64,000 nucleotides of DNA, from the IMG/VR virus record IMGVR_UViG_3300038463_000730, positions 124,001 to 188,000 of that record; one strand, given 5' to 3'. The notes under the pieces were generated by a model, which was not told the origin of the DNA, searched no databases, and saw only the letters and a list, made by a program, of their open reading frames with translations. The translations under genes and the position numbers were made by a program. This document shows positions 1 to 10,006 of the stretch, one piece after another (within the stretch, counting starts at the first letter, position 1; each line of letters opens with the position of its first letter).

Positions 1-1246
1 CTGGATTGGAAGGAAGTTCTTGAAACGAAAACTGTAGTTCGGTCTTGAACGCCGGGTGAACGGCCGAGAGCGCCGGATTGGCATTTGGATCAAGGAACTG
101 AACGCCTTTCAATGTCAGCGCATTTCCATTCTGATCAACAATTGGAGAATTTTTGAGGTTGAAAATGTTCTCGATCGATGGAACGACTTCTCGTACCGAT
201 GGAATCACTTTCGTTACCGTTACAGAGACCGGGTTGACGTTTCTCCCTAGATTCTTGTACTCATAGTTCGCTACGATGTACGCAATGTTCGTAATGCTAA
301 AGTTCGCATCTGTCAAAACGATATCGTTCAAACGAAACTGATTGCTGGCTAACGTTGCATACGGCGACGCATCCTGCGTATCGTATCTGGCATCAAGAAC
401 TTGGTATCCCAAACCAGCTAGGTTGTACTGGTAGAACGTGCTACCATTTGGCAGAAGCCCATTGTAGAAGAACGTCAAACTTGTCAGTACAATTACGTTC
501 GGGTTTTGAACGGTCAAAATCAAATCATTGGTATTGAATGTACCGACCTGATCGGTTGACCCGGCTTCAAGTCGTTCATCAACAATGCTGATCTGTCGTA
601 ACGAAACAAGTGACGTATCGAAATCGGAAATGGTTATCGCGTTGTTTGCCGTGTACCCGGTTGGGTTTGGCGCGACACGGAGAACTTCGTACGTTCCTTC
701 TTGACCAAGGCGATCGTACGGGCCTGTTCCACGAGTATGAACCTCATCCACGATGCTCTTCGTCAGGTAGTTCTCGTTCCCCATCTGGAGAATTGAGTAG
801 TAGGCCTGAGACAAAAAGAACGCGGCAGTCTGGAGGTAGTTGTAGATGACCGACCCAGGCTCTAGGTTGTAGATGTTGTTTCTTAGATAGTTCGTAAAAT
901 TGGTGAAGACCGGGTTGGCAGGATCATCCGGGCCCAGTACGAGAGTCGAGTTGTTACGCCCGTCCTCGATGAGGAACTGGGTCGCATTGATATCAGAGAA
1001 TCGAGTTGTGGATGTCGAGACGAACGTTACCGTGTACACACCAAGAGGCGTGAGCGGCTGGACCGTAAGCGTCAGTGTCGGACCACTGATACTTGCGAAA
1101 AGTACCGTAGGTACCGGCACAGTTGTTGACTGTGGCGCAATCTGAATGTTTGCAATACCGATCTCTGGATTGAGGTCAGCTGAAAACTTGCACACAATTT
1201 GTGTGCTCGATGGCGTCGTAAGCTGAATGAGCCTTAGATTTCCCAT
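1..1246 (-). CDS. Baseplate wedge-associated structural protein, partial (runs off the window's left edge; at least 415 aa; not in the ORF track)
   Basis: Manual translation from ATG at 1246 (MGNLRLIQLTTPSSTQIVCKFSADLNPEIG...) stays open to base 1. It directly follows the baseplate J-like gene and is beta-rich with an Ig-like N-terminus. Confidence 0.7.
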   Translation of the reverse strand, partial: MGNLRLIQLTTPSSTQIVCKFSADLNPEIGIANIQIAPQSTTVPVPTVLFASISGPTLTLTVQPLTPLGVYTVTFVSTSTTRFSDINATQFLIEDGRNNSTLVLGPDDPANPVFTNFTNYLRNNIYNLEPGSVIYNYLQTAAFFLSQAYYSILQMGNENYLTKSIVDEVHTRGTGPYDRLGQEGTYEVLRVAPNPTGYTANNAITISDFDTSLVSLRQISIVDERLEAGSTDQVGTFNTNDLILTVQNPNVIVLTSLTFFYNGLLPNGSTFYQYNLAGLGYQVLDARYDTQDASPYATLASNQFRLNDIVLTDANFSITNIAYIVANYEYKNLGRNVNPVSVTVTKVIPSVREVVPSIENIFNLKNSPIVDQNGNALTLKGVQFLDPNANPALSAVHPAFKTELQFSFQELPSNP

Positions 1247-1270
1247 ACAATGATATCCTAATAACCACGA

Positions 1271-4200
1271 TTAGGATGAACCTGAAGGCACGACCGACAC
1301 ACTATTTGCAACGAAATATTGATTTTCTTGCGCTGTCAATGTCAGAACTTGACCTACAACCCCATCCAAATTAAATGCTGTAACCTGAACGCTGCTAACT
1401 CCAGCAACTCCCTGGGCGACAGCTACCAATGACGATGAACTTAACGTACCTCCAAGTGTATTTGTATTTATAGCAGCAGTTACGGCATTGTTCACGTTTT
1501 GTAGCACGACAGCTGAACCATTAGCATATGTCGAATTAACAACTATTGCCAATGTGATATCAACAAGCAATTCGGTAGCAGCTTTAATCAAAACATCTGC
1601 ACTAATCGGGCGATTTGGTTCCAATGCAACAGTGGATGTTCCGATCAATCCATTGTAATTGAAGTTGATCGTTATTCTCTCGTTTGGTTGAGGTCCGAGG
1701 TAGTTATACGTGGCCAAATATCGTGAGCTGACAACCGGCTGATTCATAGTCGCAACAGTCAATTTCCCAGTGCTGGTCGTATTGAAACCGCTGCTTACAT
1801 AGATCTGATCGATCAGTGCCCAGCCTTTGTTTCCATAGACTGTTCCATTTCGAGTGAAATAGAGGTTCTCCTGGTCACCAATTGTCGCGATATAGAACGT
1901 CGCCTGCAATGTCTGACCAAGTACGATCGGTGTATTCTGGTTGTTTGTTGTTGCTGGCAACCTGATCTGAAGAGGCCCGAGCGCCGGATTCTCGATTGCT
2001 TCATCAGTATAGAACCGAGACGTCCCGATCTGTGACTGAAGCACGTCGTAGGTATTGATCGTCGATACTACGACTCCTTGAGTCATACTGACGCTTTCGA
2101 GATTAACGATACGACACACCTGGATATTCGACGGGATCTGTTCGGCTGAAGTCAAGCCAAGTGCGTTCCGCACAGCCTCGGAGACATCGATAGCCAACCC
2201 AGAGTTGATCGCAGTAAACGTTCCGCTAACCTGCGTAATGGTAGTTCCGACCGCTGTCAGAATACCTTGGTTGTTGATCTGATCCGTCAATGTAGCACTG
2301 AGCTTAGTAAACGACTGACGTAGATTGACCGTGTTCATGTACAAGACGATTACGTCTTCACCACCAACAAACACATGCTGGACAGATGGCGCGAACTCCA
2401 ACGTTCCGGCACTCTGGTTTACTATCGTTCCAATCGCAGATATTTCAAGACCATCCGAGATACGGAACATCACGATCTGGTCTGGAAGAATGTTCGCTGG
2501 AATGGTTAGCCCGGCCAACGAGAATTTACCTCCGGAGTCCAACCCAACGTGGGAGAACTCGTATGACAGAACGGTTGGCACAAACGTCATCGGTTGCGTT
2601 CTCGTGCTATCTAGTACAGAATACAGAATCATGACGTTGTCATTATTTGCCGGGCTGTTATGACCAGTCAAATTCAACGTGTAGAAATTGCTTGAAGAGA
2701 GGGTTACGGTACCGGCATACCCATCGTTCCAAAGTTCCAGACCATCTGACAATCTGATCACGCTGATGATATTGGATGCAAGCAGAGAGTATTCCGGGCT
2801 AGCGATTGACATGGTGATCGTCGCGGTTGACCCGGAACCAACGACACCCTGGTTCTCATTGCAAATCGACATGCCCGTGTTCGACAGTGAGCTGGATTCC
2901 AACGAATCCCGAACGAACCCGTTCCCTTTGCGAGCCAATGGCAAATCGGTAAGGTTGATGTTGAATAGGTTCTGAACGTTCGCTATGTAGTTGATACGGG
3001 CCGCGAACGATGTTGGAGCGGTCGGGTAGTTGCCGATTGGGATCGTGATCTGATTGTTCGTGAAGTTACCAGTTGTACCGGCAACCGTAAAAATGTCAGA
3101 CTCATTCATCAACACGGTAACAAGATTACCTTCGATGGCCTCCGTGTCACCAGGAAGAATGATCGTGCAAATATAGGTTACCTGGGCACCGACGATTACC
3201 TGGACACTTGAGAATGATCCATTGGCCTGGGCTGTATCGTAGATCTCTTCGTTCGTGTTCTGTAGAACGATGCTATTAATGGAAGTTGGCTGCGTTGTCA
3301 GCCCGGTCAATACGACTGAAAGTAGACCGACGAAGATTCCTGTGGCCGGGACAACCGTTGCGTTGACCGTGTTGAACAGGTTCGCTGTGATTACAGCTGA
3401 GATCGGTTCTGACGTCAGCGCGCTAACATACGAGCCACTCGCATTTTGAGTGAAGGTAACAAGTTCTTGACGAATCGCGTTTGAATAACCCCAGTCAACG
3501 CTATCTTGCACCGCACGAGGATTGTTCTGTAGATATAGACCATCAAAGTCAACGTATGGGTCATAGCTAAGAATCCATGTGTAGTCTACTTGCAGTATGT
3601 CGCTGGTAGAAGGTAGCGTGTTGCCATTGATCGTGACTCGGCCAGTCAGGTTGGTTGTGCCGGTTCCATCAGGGTTCTGAGCCACGACAGTATAGCGCTC
3701 GCCTGTTGTCAAATTAAGTACGCGAGTGACATTCGTTGCTGGAACATGATCAAGAAAGATCTGTGAGTGATCCGTCGTGCTGATCATGCTGTTCTCATTC
3801 GTAATCGAGATGTTCGATTGCGCTGATGAGATATTCTCTACGCTCGGGAAGTTTGTCGGGTCCTGGCTGTTGAACCGGGACTTGATCTTGTTCTCCTGGA
3901 AGTCACGAATCTGATCGTCGATCCAAGCAAACGTATCGAATGCCCAGGCTGAACCAGCGTAGACTCCGGTGTCTTTGATGAGCTTGTAGTTACCAGTGAC
4001 TCGGCCGTATCCATCGACTACCATCAGTTGATAGTTCGATCCGCTGACCGATCCGGTTACCTGCGTCAATTCCTGAACTGGTTGTGCCGGTAGTGTACTG
4101 GCTTTTAGATCATTGATTCGTTTGCTCGTGACAGTCAGTCCAGCATCCGCAGCAATTTGCCCAAGAACGAAATTATTCTGGATTGCAGTCGGATTATTTT

Positions 4201-5086
4201 TATTGGAAGCGTCGTGGTAGATGAACGAATCCACGTACTGAGCAATAGTTGTTCCAAGAACATAAACATCGACTTTACCACCGGTGCCCTCCGACAAAAT
4301 TGTGAACGAACCATCTGGGTTCTGTACGACCTGTGTACCGTCACGAACCATCAACGGATCGCCTGGTCCAACTACGACCGCCGCAATGACGTCAGGATTG
4401 GTTAGGACTTGGTTCTGGTAGCCGAGCGCCGTACCGACGTTCGAACCGCTGAAGACTGCCAGTACGCGGTTACGGAAGCTGTTGTCATCTTCTTGGTTTA
4501 CGCCACCGGTAAATCCGAAAATGTTAGTTGCGTTCGAAACGCCAGAAATAGAAGTGCTAACAATACCATATTGCGAAATGTTGCCAACGACGCCAGGCGT
4601 CGTGGCCTGAACTGCAATCTCGACCGCATATTGATCCGTGATTCCTAGAAATTGTAAGTTCGTACCATAGCGGGTCGCGACAGCACGATACGAGTTAAGA
4701 TTTGTCGGATCAACCGAGATACCGTTCAGAACAGTGAACGATGTTCCATTTGTAGATGATACGAGCGAGCCCTGTGAAATCGGAATAGATGTCGGAATCG
4801 ATGCGAACGTTAACAGCGCAACACCGCTTGCTGGAGCAGCCTGTTTACGGGTCACACCGTAGTTTTGAGCCAATGTGTCCAAATTCGAGCCAACCGACAT
4901 TTGTAATGATGACAAGTCGCTTGTCTGCGAAAGTTGATCATAAAGCAAACTAAGTTGATTGGCCTGAAGCTCGACAAACAAATCTCGTCCTACTGTTCCT
5001 GGCTTTGTATCAAGATTCGGCTGTTTGATTCTTAAGAAATCAAGCAAATTCTGAATAAGTTGGTCTGCATTTAGTATATTTACCAC
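1271..5086 (-). CDS. Baseplate wedge protein (P2 gpJ / T4 gp6-like) with large insertions, 1271 aa
   Basis: Baseplate_J hallmarks: LDTLAQNYGVTRKQAAPASG, VQATTPGVVGN, FTGGVNQEDDNSFRNR, and C-terminal LSSSSLVAVAQGVAGVSSV. Lies downstream of the gp25-like gene. Confidence 0.9.
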   Translation of the reverse strand: MVNILNADQLIQNLLDFLRIKQPNLDTKPGTVGRDLFVELQANQLSLLYDQLSQTSDLSSLQMSVGSNLDTLAQNYGVTRKQAAPASGVALLTFASIPTSIPISQGSLVSSTNGTSFTVLNGISVDPTNLNSYRAVATRYGTNLQFLGITDQYAVEIAVQATTPGVVGNISQYGIVSTSISGVSNATNIFGFTGGVNQEDDNSFRNRVLAVFSGSNVGTALGYQNQVLTNPDVIAAVVVGPGDPLMVRDGTQVVQNPDGSFTILSEGTGGKVDVYVLGTTIAQYVDSFIYHDASNKNNPTAIQNNFVLGQIAADAGLTVTSKRINDLKASTLPAQPVQELTQVTGSVSGSNYQLMVVDGYGRVTGNYKLIKDTGVYAGSAWAFDTFAWIDDQIRDFQENKIKSRFNSQDPTNFPSVENISSAQSNISITNENSMISTTDHSQIFLDHVPATNVTRVLNLTTGERYTVVAQNPDGTGTTNLTGRVTINGNTLPSTSDILQVDYTWILSYDPYVDFDGLYLQNNPRAVQDSVDWGYSNAIRQELVTFTQNASGSYVSALTSEPISAVITANLFNTVNATVVPATGIFVGLLSVVLTGLTTQPTSINSIVLQNTNEEIYDTAQANGSFSSVQVIVGAQVTYICTIILPGDTEAIEGNLVTVLMNESDIFTVAGTTGNFTNNQITIPIGNYPTAPTSFAARINYIANVQNLFNINLTDLPLARKGNGFVRDSLESSSLSNTGMSICNENQGVVGSGSTATITMSIASPEYSLLASNIISVIRLSDGLELWNDGYAGTVTLSSSNFYTLNLTGHNSPANNDNVMILYSVLDSTRTQPMTFVPTVLSYEFSHVGLDSGGKFSLAGLTIPANILPDQIVMFRISDGLEISAIGTIVNQSAGTLEFAPSVQHVFVGGEDVIVLYMNTVNLRQSFTKLSATLTDQINNQGILTAVGTTITQVSGTFTAINSGLAIDVSEAVRNALGLTSAEQIPSNIQVCRIVNLESVSMTQGVVVSTINTYDVLQSQIGTSRFYTDEAIENPALGPLQIRLPATTNNQNTPIVLGQTLQATFYIATIGDQENLYFTRNGTVYGNKGWALIDQIYVSSGFNTTSTGKLTVATMNQPVVSSRYLATYNYLGPQPNERITINFNYNGLIGTSTVALEPNRPISADVLIKAATELLVDITLAIVVNSTYANGSAVVLQNVNNAVTAAINTNTLGGTLSSSSLVAVAQGVAGVSSVQVTAFNLDGVVGQVLTLTAQENQYFVANSVSVVPSGSS

Positions 5087-5098
5087 TGTTTCTCCATA

Positions 5099-5530
5099 TT
5101 AGAACGGCGTCACACTAAATACCGCAGTAATCGGTGTATACGCTTTCGTAATAACGGATATCTCTACGTTGAATTGCCTCAGGTCATTTGGGTCACGATA
5201 CACGTTGATATTTTTGATGGCCGCGATCTGCTCAGCTGCCGTTAACGGGACCTTACCCTGAACTTGTCTAACCTGCATCGTTTGCAGAGCACTAATGGCT
5301 GTTTGAAGCTGCCCTTGGGCAGCGTTGACGATAATGTCATCTGACAATACCGAGCCGATCAATGTGTTCGATATCAACGAACCGTACCACGGTTGATATG
5401 GGTTCGTACCAACCTGTGTAATCGCAATTTTAAGGATATCTTGAAGTAATTTATTCGAGCTGGTGACCTGAGCCAAGTCACCATTCTGAATTACCAAATC
5501 CCCGCCAACCAGCTGTAGATCAAACGCCAT
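5099..5530 (-). CDS. Baseplate wedge / sheath initiator (T4 gp25 / P2 gpW-like)
   Basis: 143 aa; DL..GGDLVI..GDL, KLLQDILKIAITQVGTNPYQPWYGS pattern; immediately upstream of the J-like gene. Confidence 0.85.
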   Translation of the reverse strand: MAFDLQLVGGDLVIQNGDLAQVTSSNKLLQDILKIAITQVGTNPYQPWYGSLISNTLIGSVLSDDIIVNAAQGQLQTAISALQTMQVRQVQGKVPLTAAEQIAAIKNINVYRDPNDLRQFNVEISVITKAYTPITAVFSVTPF

Positions 5531-5579
5531 GGTGCCTCACTTTATACCTATATACGGCAAAAGTGATAACTGGAGGCCG

Positions 5580-7211
5580 TTATCCGTTGTTTATCTTGGA
5601 CTTCAATAGAGCGTCGATTATGTTGTAAACTTCCTTCACCTTCGTCTCAAACGTGGTGAGGGTTGTTGTACCATTCGGCAATGTTGTTGAGCCAATTCGA
5701 GCCTGAACAGCTGGGCATTGAAGACTTGAATAGGTACTGATCCGCTGAATCGCGTCGTTATCGAACATATTCACGAACGTTGTCAAATCTACGGCCCACA
5801 AAGCCGCATAGATCGCGTACATATCGATCAACCCGAACCCACTCGTATCACCCATGATGATGGCGATATTCTGAAGTGCCGTGCTGGCCCGATTGCCAAG
5901 ACCGGCACGCTTCGAGTTGATTCCTAGAATTCGTTTGTCGTACAACTTCGGGATATTGCTAAGTGTCGCTCCGAATGCGATTGAATCGAGCGAAGACATT
6001 GCATATCCACCCACAGTTCCATTCGTAAGTGCCCCGAGATCATTTTTGATGATATCGATTTCACTATCATTGATCTGCTTCAATGAATAAAGCCTGTTCA
6101 ATTCATCATCAAGAGACCTTCCGAGTGGATCGTTGAAGATAAAATCGGCTGATGTCACTCCCTCTTCAACTCCAAGCGCGTTCGGAACAGGTTGCCAATG
6201 AATTTGCAACGATGTTTCGTCAATCGTCTGAATAGACTGGTACAGGATATCTGTCAAAATATCGAATACGTTTAGGAATGTGTCGAAAACATATGAGCTA
6301 GAGCGATAATACTGGGTGACTCCACCTGAAAAATTGATCAGCTGAGAGTCGGTGATTTGCCCATTCTTTTGAATGTCCGTTGCCAACTGAGCCAAGTCAG
6401 GGAAGTCCGCTTCATTGTTCGACGTGTTACATCGCACCCGAGCTACATTTTCCAGGCTTGGTCTGGTGTAAAGTAGTTGATCAGTAAGTTTTCGCTGTGA
6501 GTCAAGCAGGAATGGTACAGCGATACGATTACGTACCGGGAACACCGTAAAATCGATTCTCGGATCCGGCATAAACGGCTTCAACAAATGGTTTAGCGTT
6601 GTTGGCACGGTCGCCGTGTTACCATCTTCATCAGCTGAGTAATAGTTCAGGACTTCTGTGCGTTCGGTCACGGTGAACGTTTGTGGATCCGGATCCAACG
6701 GCCCGGACGTCGTGATAATTCCGGTAACGGGGCGCAGGTACTTCAATGAGAAGGCTAACGCGGAAGCATTGTCATCCTGGTTAGCTAGGATTTTCAGTTC
6801 CCTATTCGGAAACGACTCACGAAGATTCAGGATGTTCACCAGCGCAGTGTTGCTTGTGATCGTGTTGGCAATGCTGAACTGATTGTTCAACACAGTTGTC
6901 GTTTTCCCATCCGGGCGATATCCAGGATTGTAGAAACGCCCATCCGCACCAACTACCGGTAGTCCAAGCAATCTGTAGAATGCATTGCAACGGCTTTCTT
7001 GCGGGACGTTTTGCAACGAGGCACGACTGCCATTGATTACGTTCTGAAGGACCGTTGCACTAAGCTGCTTTAGATTGATCTGGTCCGGTGTCGCGAAGCA
7101 ACTGCGGACCGCGTCGATCTGCGAAACGAACGCTGAGTATAGAGACTGTAGGTCGTACGAGATATCTTGCTGAGTGTAGAATGTGCTTTCATCAACTGTG
7201 TTATCAACCAT
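5580..7211 (-). CDS. Hypothetical baseplate-region protein, 543 aa
   Basis: Long ORF abutting the upstream gene (7212) with no gap; no recognisable motif. Confidence 0.65.
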   Translation of the reverse strand: MVDNTVDESTFYTQQDISYDLQSLYSAFVSQIDAVRSCFATPDQINLKQLSATVLQNVINGSRASLQNVPQESRCNAFYRLLGLPVVGADGRFYNPGYRPDGKTTTVLNNQFSIANTITSNTALVNILNLRESFPNRELKILANQDDNASALAFSLKYLRPVTGIITTSGPLDPDPQTFTVTERTEVLNYYSADEDGNTATVPTTLNHLLKPFMPDPRIDFTVFPVRNRIAVPFLLDSQRKLTDQLLYTRPSLENVARVRCNTSNNEADFPDLAQLATDIQKNGQITDSQLINFSGGVTQYYRSSSYVFDTFLNVFDILTDILYQSIQTIDETSLQIHWQPVPNALGVEEGVTSADFIFNDPLGRSLDDELNRLYSLKQINDSEIDIIKNDLGALTNGTVGGYAMSSLDSIAFGATLSNIPKLYDKRILGINSKRAGLGNRASTALQNIAIIMGDTSGFGLIDMYAIYAALWAVDLTTFVNMFDNDAIQRISTYSSLQCPAVQARIGSTTLPNGTTTLTTFETKVKEVYNIIDALLKSKINNG

Positions 7212-9416
7212 TTACTCTCCCGTCACGTCTCGGGCGACATCACCCTCGTTACGGCGAGGCTCGCCAACGTTCGTAACCGTGCTGGTATTGACGAATTGGT
7301 AAGTCAATTCAGTGTTCGCAACCGATACAGCTGTTCCAACGATGCTTACCGTACTGATGAAATCATTGTTATAGGCAACCTGTAACGTTCCGCCACCGGA
7401 ATCCGTACTAGTAATGTTAGCGTTGAAGAACGCCGAGCCATCATAGGTGAATGGCCCGATGACTCCGAACGTGATCTCTGGAGCCAGTTTGGCCGCAATC
7501 AGTGTAGCGACGTCGGTTGGAATACCGTCGCAAAGGTTTGACCCGTTTGCATCGTTCAATGTAACAGTCACGACGATCGGCAATGTTGTGAACTGCACAA
7601 TCGTACTCTCAACAAATACGCTCGATGTTGCCGATACACCAGCGTCCACCGCAAGATTGATCACGTTACTGCAATCAGCAAGCACCCGATTCAAACATAC
7701 GTTCGTGCTGGCCTGGAATACTGCAATCGATGCTGGATTGATATTGGTACGCATCGTTGTCAATGCGTTGTTTAAACATGCGACCGCGCCAGGGTTCGGT
7801 ACACCGTTCGGTGGTGGACTGGTCGTATTACCTGCCGCTCCGGCGCCTGTTCCGGTAATGTTCGGTAGCGCGTTGGTCAGTTCTGTAATTTGAGCAGCCG
7901 TTACCTTCGGTCCATAGATCGAGTTGATCGTGTTCTTGGTCAACGCTACATCAGGCATACACCCGACCGTGATCAATGTTTCAGCAACCAAGATTGGATA
8001 GTTGACTGAGAACGTGTAGGTAACGTTGGAGAACACAACTGGATTGTCAGGAGCATTCGCATCAACGATTTCGATCGGGTTATGAATCAACGAATTTAGA
8101 GTTGCCTGATTGCCAGCGATAGTGATCTTCGTAATACCGTCATCCTCGAAAGCCTGTCCACCGGTCAAGTACAGCACACCGTTGGTTGGTCCGACCGGTT
8201 GTCCGTTCCAACCTGTAGCCTGGGTTGGAGGAGTCTTCGTAACGATGCAATTGTTAATTTGGATGAAACGTGCTCCGGTATACCCATCACTATCAGGCGG
8301 TACCAACGGTAACGGTGTATAAGTGAATTGAGTAGGGTTGTACAGCATACGAAGGTTAATCGTATAAGGGGCCTTACCTGGGTTCGTCCCGGCATCGTAT
8401 GTCTGACCGGCAGGAAAGAACGTAAATCCTGCTGGAGCATCGATAGCTGTCGTGATGTTGTAGAATGCGTTCGTGCCAGTCAGGGTAGCGTCATAGAACT
8501 GCCAGCTCTCTTGGCGAACGGCGCTTTGCTGAGCAAAGATACTTGCAAATCCTGGTGGGAACAATGCGATGGTCGATGCCGATACTTCCAGTCCGGCGTC
8601 ATTCAAATACTGGAGTGTTCCGGTCGTCGCACCGGCCGGTGGCCCGCCGTTCTTAATGAATGCCGGGCATACATCCGGAGTACAACACTGGCTATTCACT
8701 CCTGCCTGATCCGAACACGGAGGTATCGGGAACGATAGCTTCAAGATATCAACGATAACCTGGAGCAACAGTGCAATGACCTGGAGAACGGCAAACAAGT
8801 TGCTGAAGTAGCAAAGGAGCGAGCCGATCTTTCGAAGAGCCGTAAGTGCTGACCTGGTATCCTGGCGAGCAATAATCTTTTGCAATAGAAACACGTTCTT
8901 TAGCAATTGAAGAATGATTCGGAGGATTTCTTGAATAATATACTTGACCAAAGCAATGATTAGCTTTATCAATGATATTATCATCAAGATGATAGCGAAG
9001 ATCGGGAACAACGCCAAGAAGTCCGGGATACACTGTGTGAATAGCTTCGAGATTGCGGGGCCGATCTTGAATGGGCTTATCAATGCACACAATACCTCAA
9101 GGATACAGAGGATCATGTTCAGAATCGGGAGGATGAACTTGTACATCGAAAGAAACGGCGTCAACACATCCAATAGCTTTAGGATCGGAGCAATTAGTTT
9201 CTTATCGAGATCGGGATTCAGGTTCGGAGTATACTTCCCTCCTGGTAATAGCAGCGAGATCGCGTTAATCAGTGCTAGAATATCTTCCGGAAAGCCTGCC
9301 GGGATAGGTAATCCGGGGATATTGATGTTTGGGAATGTGAATGACGGAAATCCAGGCAAAGAAGGGCCCGGAGTAGAAGGCATATTTACGGTGTTATTAC
9401 TAGGATCACACGGCAT
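7212..9416 (-). CDS. Baseplate/spike-associated protein with long hydrophobic N-terminal helices, 734 aa
   Basis: Residues ~75-225 are Leu/Ile/Phe-rich helices with cysteines, followed by beta-rich domains; located between spike and gp25-like genes. Confidence 0.6.
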   Translation of the reverse strand: MPCDPSNNTVNMPSTPGPSLPGFPSFTFPNINIPGLPIPAGFPEDILALINAISLLLPGGKYTPNLNPDLDKKLIAPILKLLDVLTPFLSMYKFILPILNMILCILEVLCALISPFKIGPAISKLFTQCIPDFLALFPIFAIILMIISLIKLIIALVKYIIQEILRIILQLLKNVFLLQKIIARQDTRSALTALRKIGSLLCYFSNLFAVLQVIALLLQVIVDILKLSFPIPPCSDQAGVNSQCCTPDVCPAFIKNGGPPAGATTGTLQYLNDAGLEVSASTIALFPPGFASIFAQQSAVRQESWQFYDATLTGTNAFYNITTAIDAPAGFTFFPAGQTYDAGTNPGKAPYTINLRMLYNPTQFTYTPLPLVPPDSDGYTGARFIQINNCIVTKTPPTQATGWNGQPVGPTNGVLYLTGGQAFEDDGITKITIAGNQATLNSLIHNPIEIVDANAPDNPVVFSNVTYTFSVNYPILVAETLITVGCMPDVALTKNTINSIYGPKVTAAQITELTNALPNITGTGAGAAGNTTSPPPNGVPNPGAVACLNNALTTMRTNINPASIAVFQASTNVCLNRVLADCSNVINLAVDAGVSATSSVFVESTIVQFTTLPIVVTVTLNDANGSNLCDGIPTDVATLIAAKLAPEITFGVIGPFTYDGSAFFNANITSTDSGGGTLQVAYNNDFISTVSIVGTAVSVANTELTYQFVNTSTVTNVGEPRRNEGDVARDVTGE

Positions 9417-9984
9417 TAGTTACTCCGTGTCGAACACGAGTGACACCATCAATCATGTTTTGTTTGGCCGAATAAGGTCGTAAATTACTAAGTCTCCAGC
9501 ACATTATGATCTCTTCCGCTGTTTTACACAACGATCGAGGAGAGAGATGATCGATCTGCCACACCCAAGTAGAAGGATCCGTATCAATCCATGTTTTCTT
9601 TTCGTATTTACCGTAATTGTTCCAATTCATCCACGAATCAAACTGTGTTTCTAGATGTTGTTTAAGTTCATCAACACTATAGCTAAGCAATTTATTCCAA
9701 CGACCATTTTTAGAAGCGCCTATGTGTTGAAACATATGTCTTACCATTCTAGAAACATTCGCATTCAATTTGAATAACTCATCTGTTTTACGCAGTTCCC
9801 TTGCTCGTATCGTTCGACGCTGTTTAATCAACTCTTTGTTCGTTTCACGATATTTTCGACACCGATCGCGTTCAATTTCGATGTTCAGATGATACTGTTC
9901 CTTACCACGAACCAGGATTTCGTCCTTGTTCGCTTCATAATAGCGCTTTTGCGTTGCTTCTCTTCCACCTGAATATGCTGGCAT
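9406..9984 (-). CDS. HNH-type homing endonuclease
   Basis: Basic helical N-terminus, then ELKQHLETQFDSWMNWNNYG...WQIDHLSPRS...CWRLSNLRPYSAKQN, a His-Me finger pattern. Confidence 0.8.
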   Translation of the reverse strand: MPAYSGGREATQKRYYEANKDEILVRGKEQYHLNIEIERDRCRKYRETNKELIKQRRTIRARELRKTDELFKLNANVSRMVRHMFQHIGASKNGRWNKLLSYSVDELKQHLETQFDSWMNWNNYGKYEKKTWIDTDPSTWVWQIDHLSPRSLCKTAEEIIMCWRLSNLRPYSAKQNMIDGVTRVRHGVTNAV

Positions 9985-10006
9985 TGTTCTTCTCTATATA
10001 TCCAGG

